A stretch of DNA of 63,407 nucleotides, the filler included, from Stramenopiles sp. TOSAG23-6 (lineage: Eukaryota), in assembly GCA_900128565.1 (NCBI GenBank). It is 12 parts of 12 records of this genome, joined end to end, with 100 filler letters (N's around TTAATTAATTAA, not from the genome) between each part and the next. Parts side by side here need not be neighbours in the genome. Positions count along the whole stretch, not along the records: positions 62,403 to 63,407 come from LT639977.1; 11 more parts are not named here. One strand, given 5' to 3'. The notes under the pieces are model-generated. The model did not search any database, was not told where the DNA came from, and was given only the letters and a program-made list of their open reading frames with translations. Positions 62,403 through 63,407 of this stretch are shown here, one piece after another. The translations under genes and the position numbers were made by a program. The number at the start of each line of letters is the position of its first letter. The first letter of the stretch is position 1.

Positions 62403-63407
62403 AATTGAACAAGTGTCGAAAGAGAGTTTAGATGAATCATTTTATAAAAAACGTGCAATGAAAAGGTGGATTCTATTATTTATAGTAGCGACTGGAACTG
62501 GTGCTTCTAGTGCTCTGATAACGATGGGGATTGATGTTTTGCGAAATATAAAGTTTGGAAACTGGACAAATGAACTTTTGCAGCAAGAATTGCGAGGTGA
62601 TACAAAAGAACTTACGCCTTCCGTATTTATTAAATTTAGTGCTTTTAATATCGTTTGTGCATTAATTGCAGTTTTGTTTGTAGTTTGGGCACCCGCTTCC
62701 GCTGGATCTGGTGTACCTGAAATTAAAGCTCTTCTAAATGGTGTAAAAGTCCCGAAAGCTGTACGCTTGCGTACGTTTTATTTTTTTTCAATGTTTTATC
62801 TAAAAAATATTTTGTACGAAATTTCATACGTAACAAATTTTACAAAAAAAAAATATGTTTTCACAGTATATGTACGTTAATTGCAAAAATGCTCGGCGTA
62901 ATTTTTTCCGTTTCTGGAGGATTACCTGTAGGTAAAGAAGGTCCTATGATCCATGCTGGTGCGGTCCTTGGTGCAGGAATTTCACAAGGCAAAACTGTTG
63001 CTCTTGGTTGTGATACTTCTTTTTCAATACTACGCGATTTTAGAAATGATAAAGAGAAAAGAGATTTTATAGCATGTGGAACCGCAGCTGGTGTTGCAGC
63101 TGCTTTTAATGCACCAATAGGAGGAATGTACGTTTTTTCATCAAAAAATATTTTTTTTTTTCATGGAAAGTTTTGTACCTAACAATTTTTTTTAGTAAAA
63201 AAACAAAAATATTTTTTCACAATATATGTTATTTGCCCTCGAAGAAGGTTCCAGTTGGTGGCATCCTAGCATGAATTGGCGATCTATTTTTTGTGCTATG
63301 ACAAGCTCTTTTACTTGTGTACAAATTTTGAAAGCAGTAAGTTTAGATAAAAATTCATTGATTAGTAGAAATCCAACTGATAATGTTGGTGGTGGTGATG
63401 GTTTTGG
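62403..63407 (+). CDS. CLC chloride channel/antiporter (CLC-7-like), internal fragment; GT-AT introns 62771-62871 and 63128-63227
   Basis: [31 protein letters not shown]. Confidence 0.93.

Larger units (their letters stand above)
1..63227. mobile_element. Dispersed introner-like intron family with GT-AT termini (~46 donor ends, ~50 full or partial copies)
   Basis: Recurring sense-oriented module GTAYGT..U-rich..TTTCRTACGAAATTTYGTACCTAAC..GAAATATTTT..CACAATACAT interrupts most genes; removal restores reading frames; ends are imperfect inverted repeats (ATGTAY / ATACAT). Confidence 0.85.

Noticed and set aside
1-63227. CRISPR-like array from the recurring ~25-nt palindromic repeat
   Set aside because: Copies are dispersed inside eukaryotic genes, not regularly spaced, and no cas genes are present

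Overview
AT-rich eukaryotic (protist, plausibly heterotrophic stramenopile - inference) draft genome. The window is an artificial concatenation of 12 unlinked contigs (ten of ~6 kb, two of ~1 kb) joined by N44-TTAATTAATTAA-N44 spacers. It holds ~30 ordinary nuclear genes or fragments (DDX46/Prp5, NOP2, RPP40, OST3/6, CLC channel, CTDSPL2-like phosphatase, mito L19, Dus, HERC-like SPRY protein, aspartic protease, LPMO-like, YEATS-sirtuin, bHLH and others). The striking feature is that almost every intron belongs to one repeated ~85-170 nt family: GTAYGT donor, U-rich tract, palindromic core TTTCGTACGAAATTTYGTAC followed by CTAAC, then GAAATATTTT and an acceptor ending in AT (usually CACAATACAT), not AG. 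Of 30 complete copies that I could splice in frame by hand, 28 are GT-AT, one is AT-AT and one is GT-AG, and several rebuild conserved motifs exactly (NOP2 FHPSL, zinc-finger HGGGKRC, CLC GGMLFALEE). Short terminal inverted repeats and a frequent flanking AT duplication suggest an introner-type mobile element that spread non-canonical GT-AT introns through the genome. No RNA evidence is available, so splicing is inferred from reading-frame restoration.
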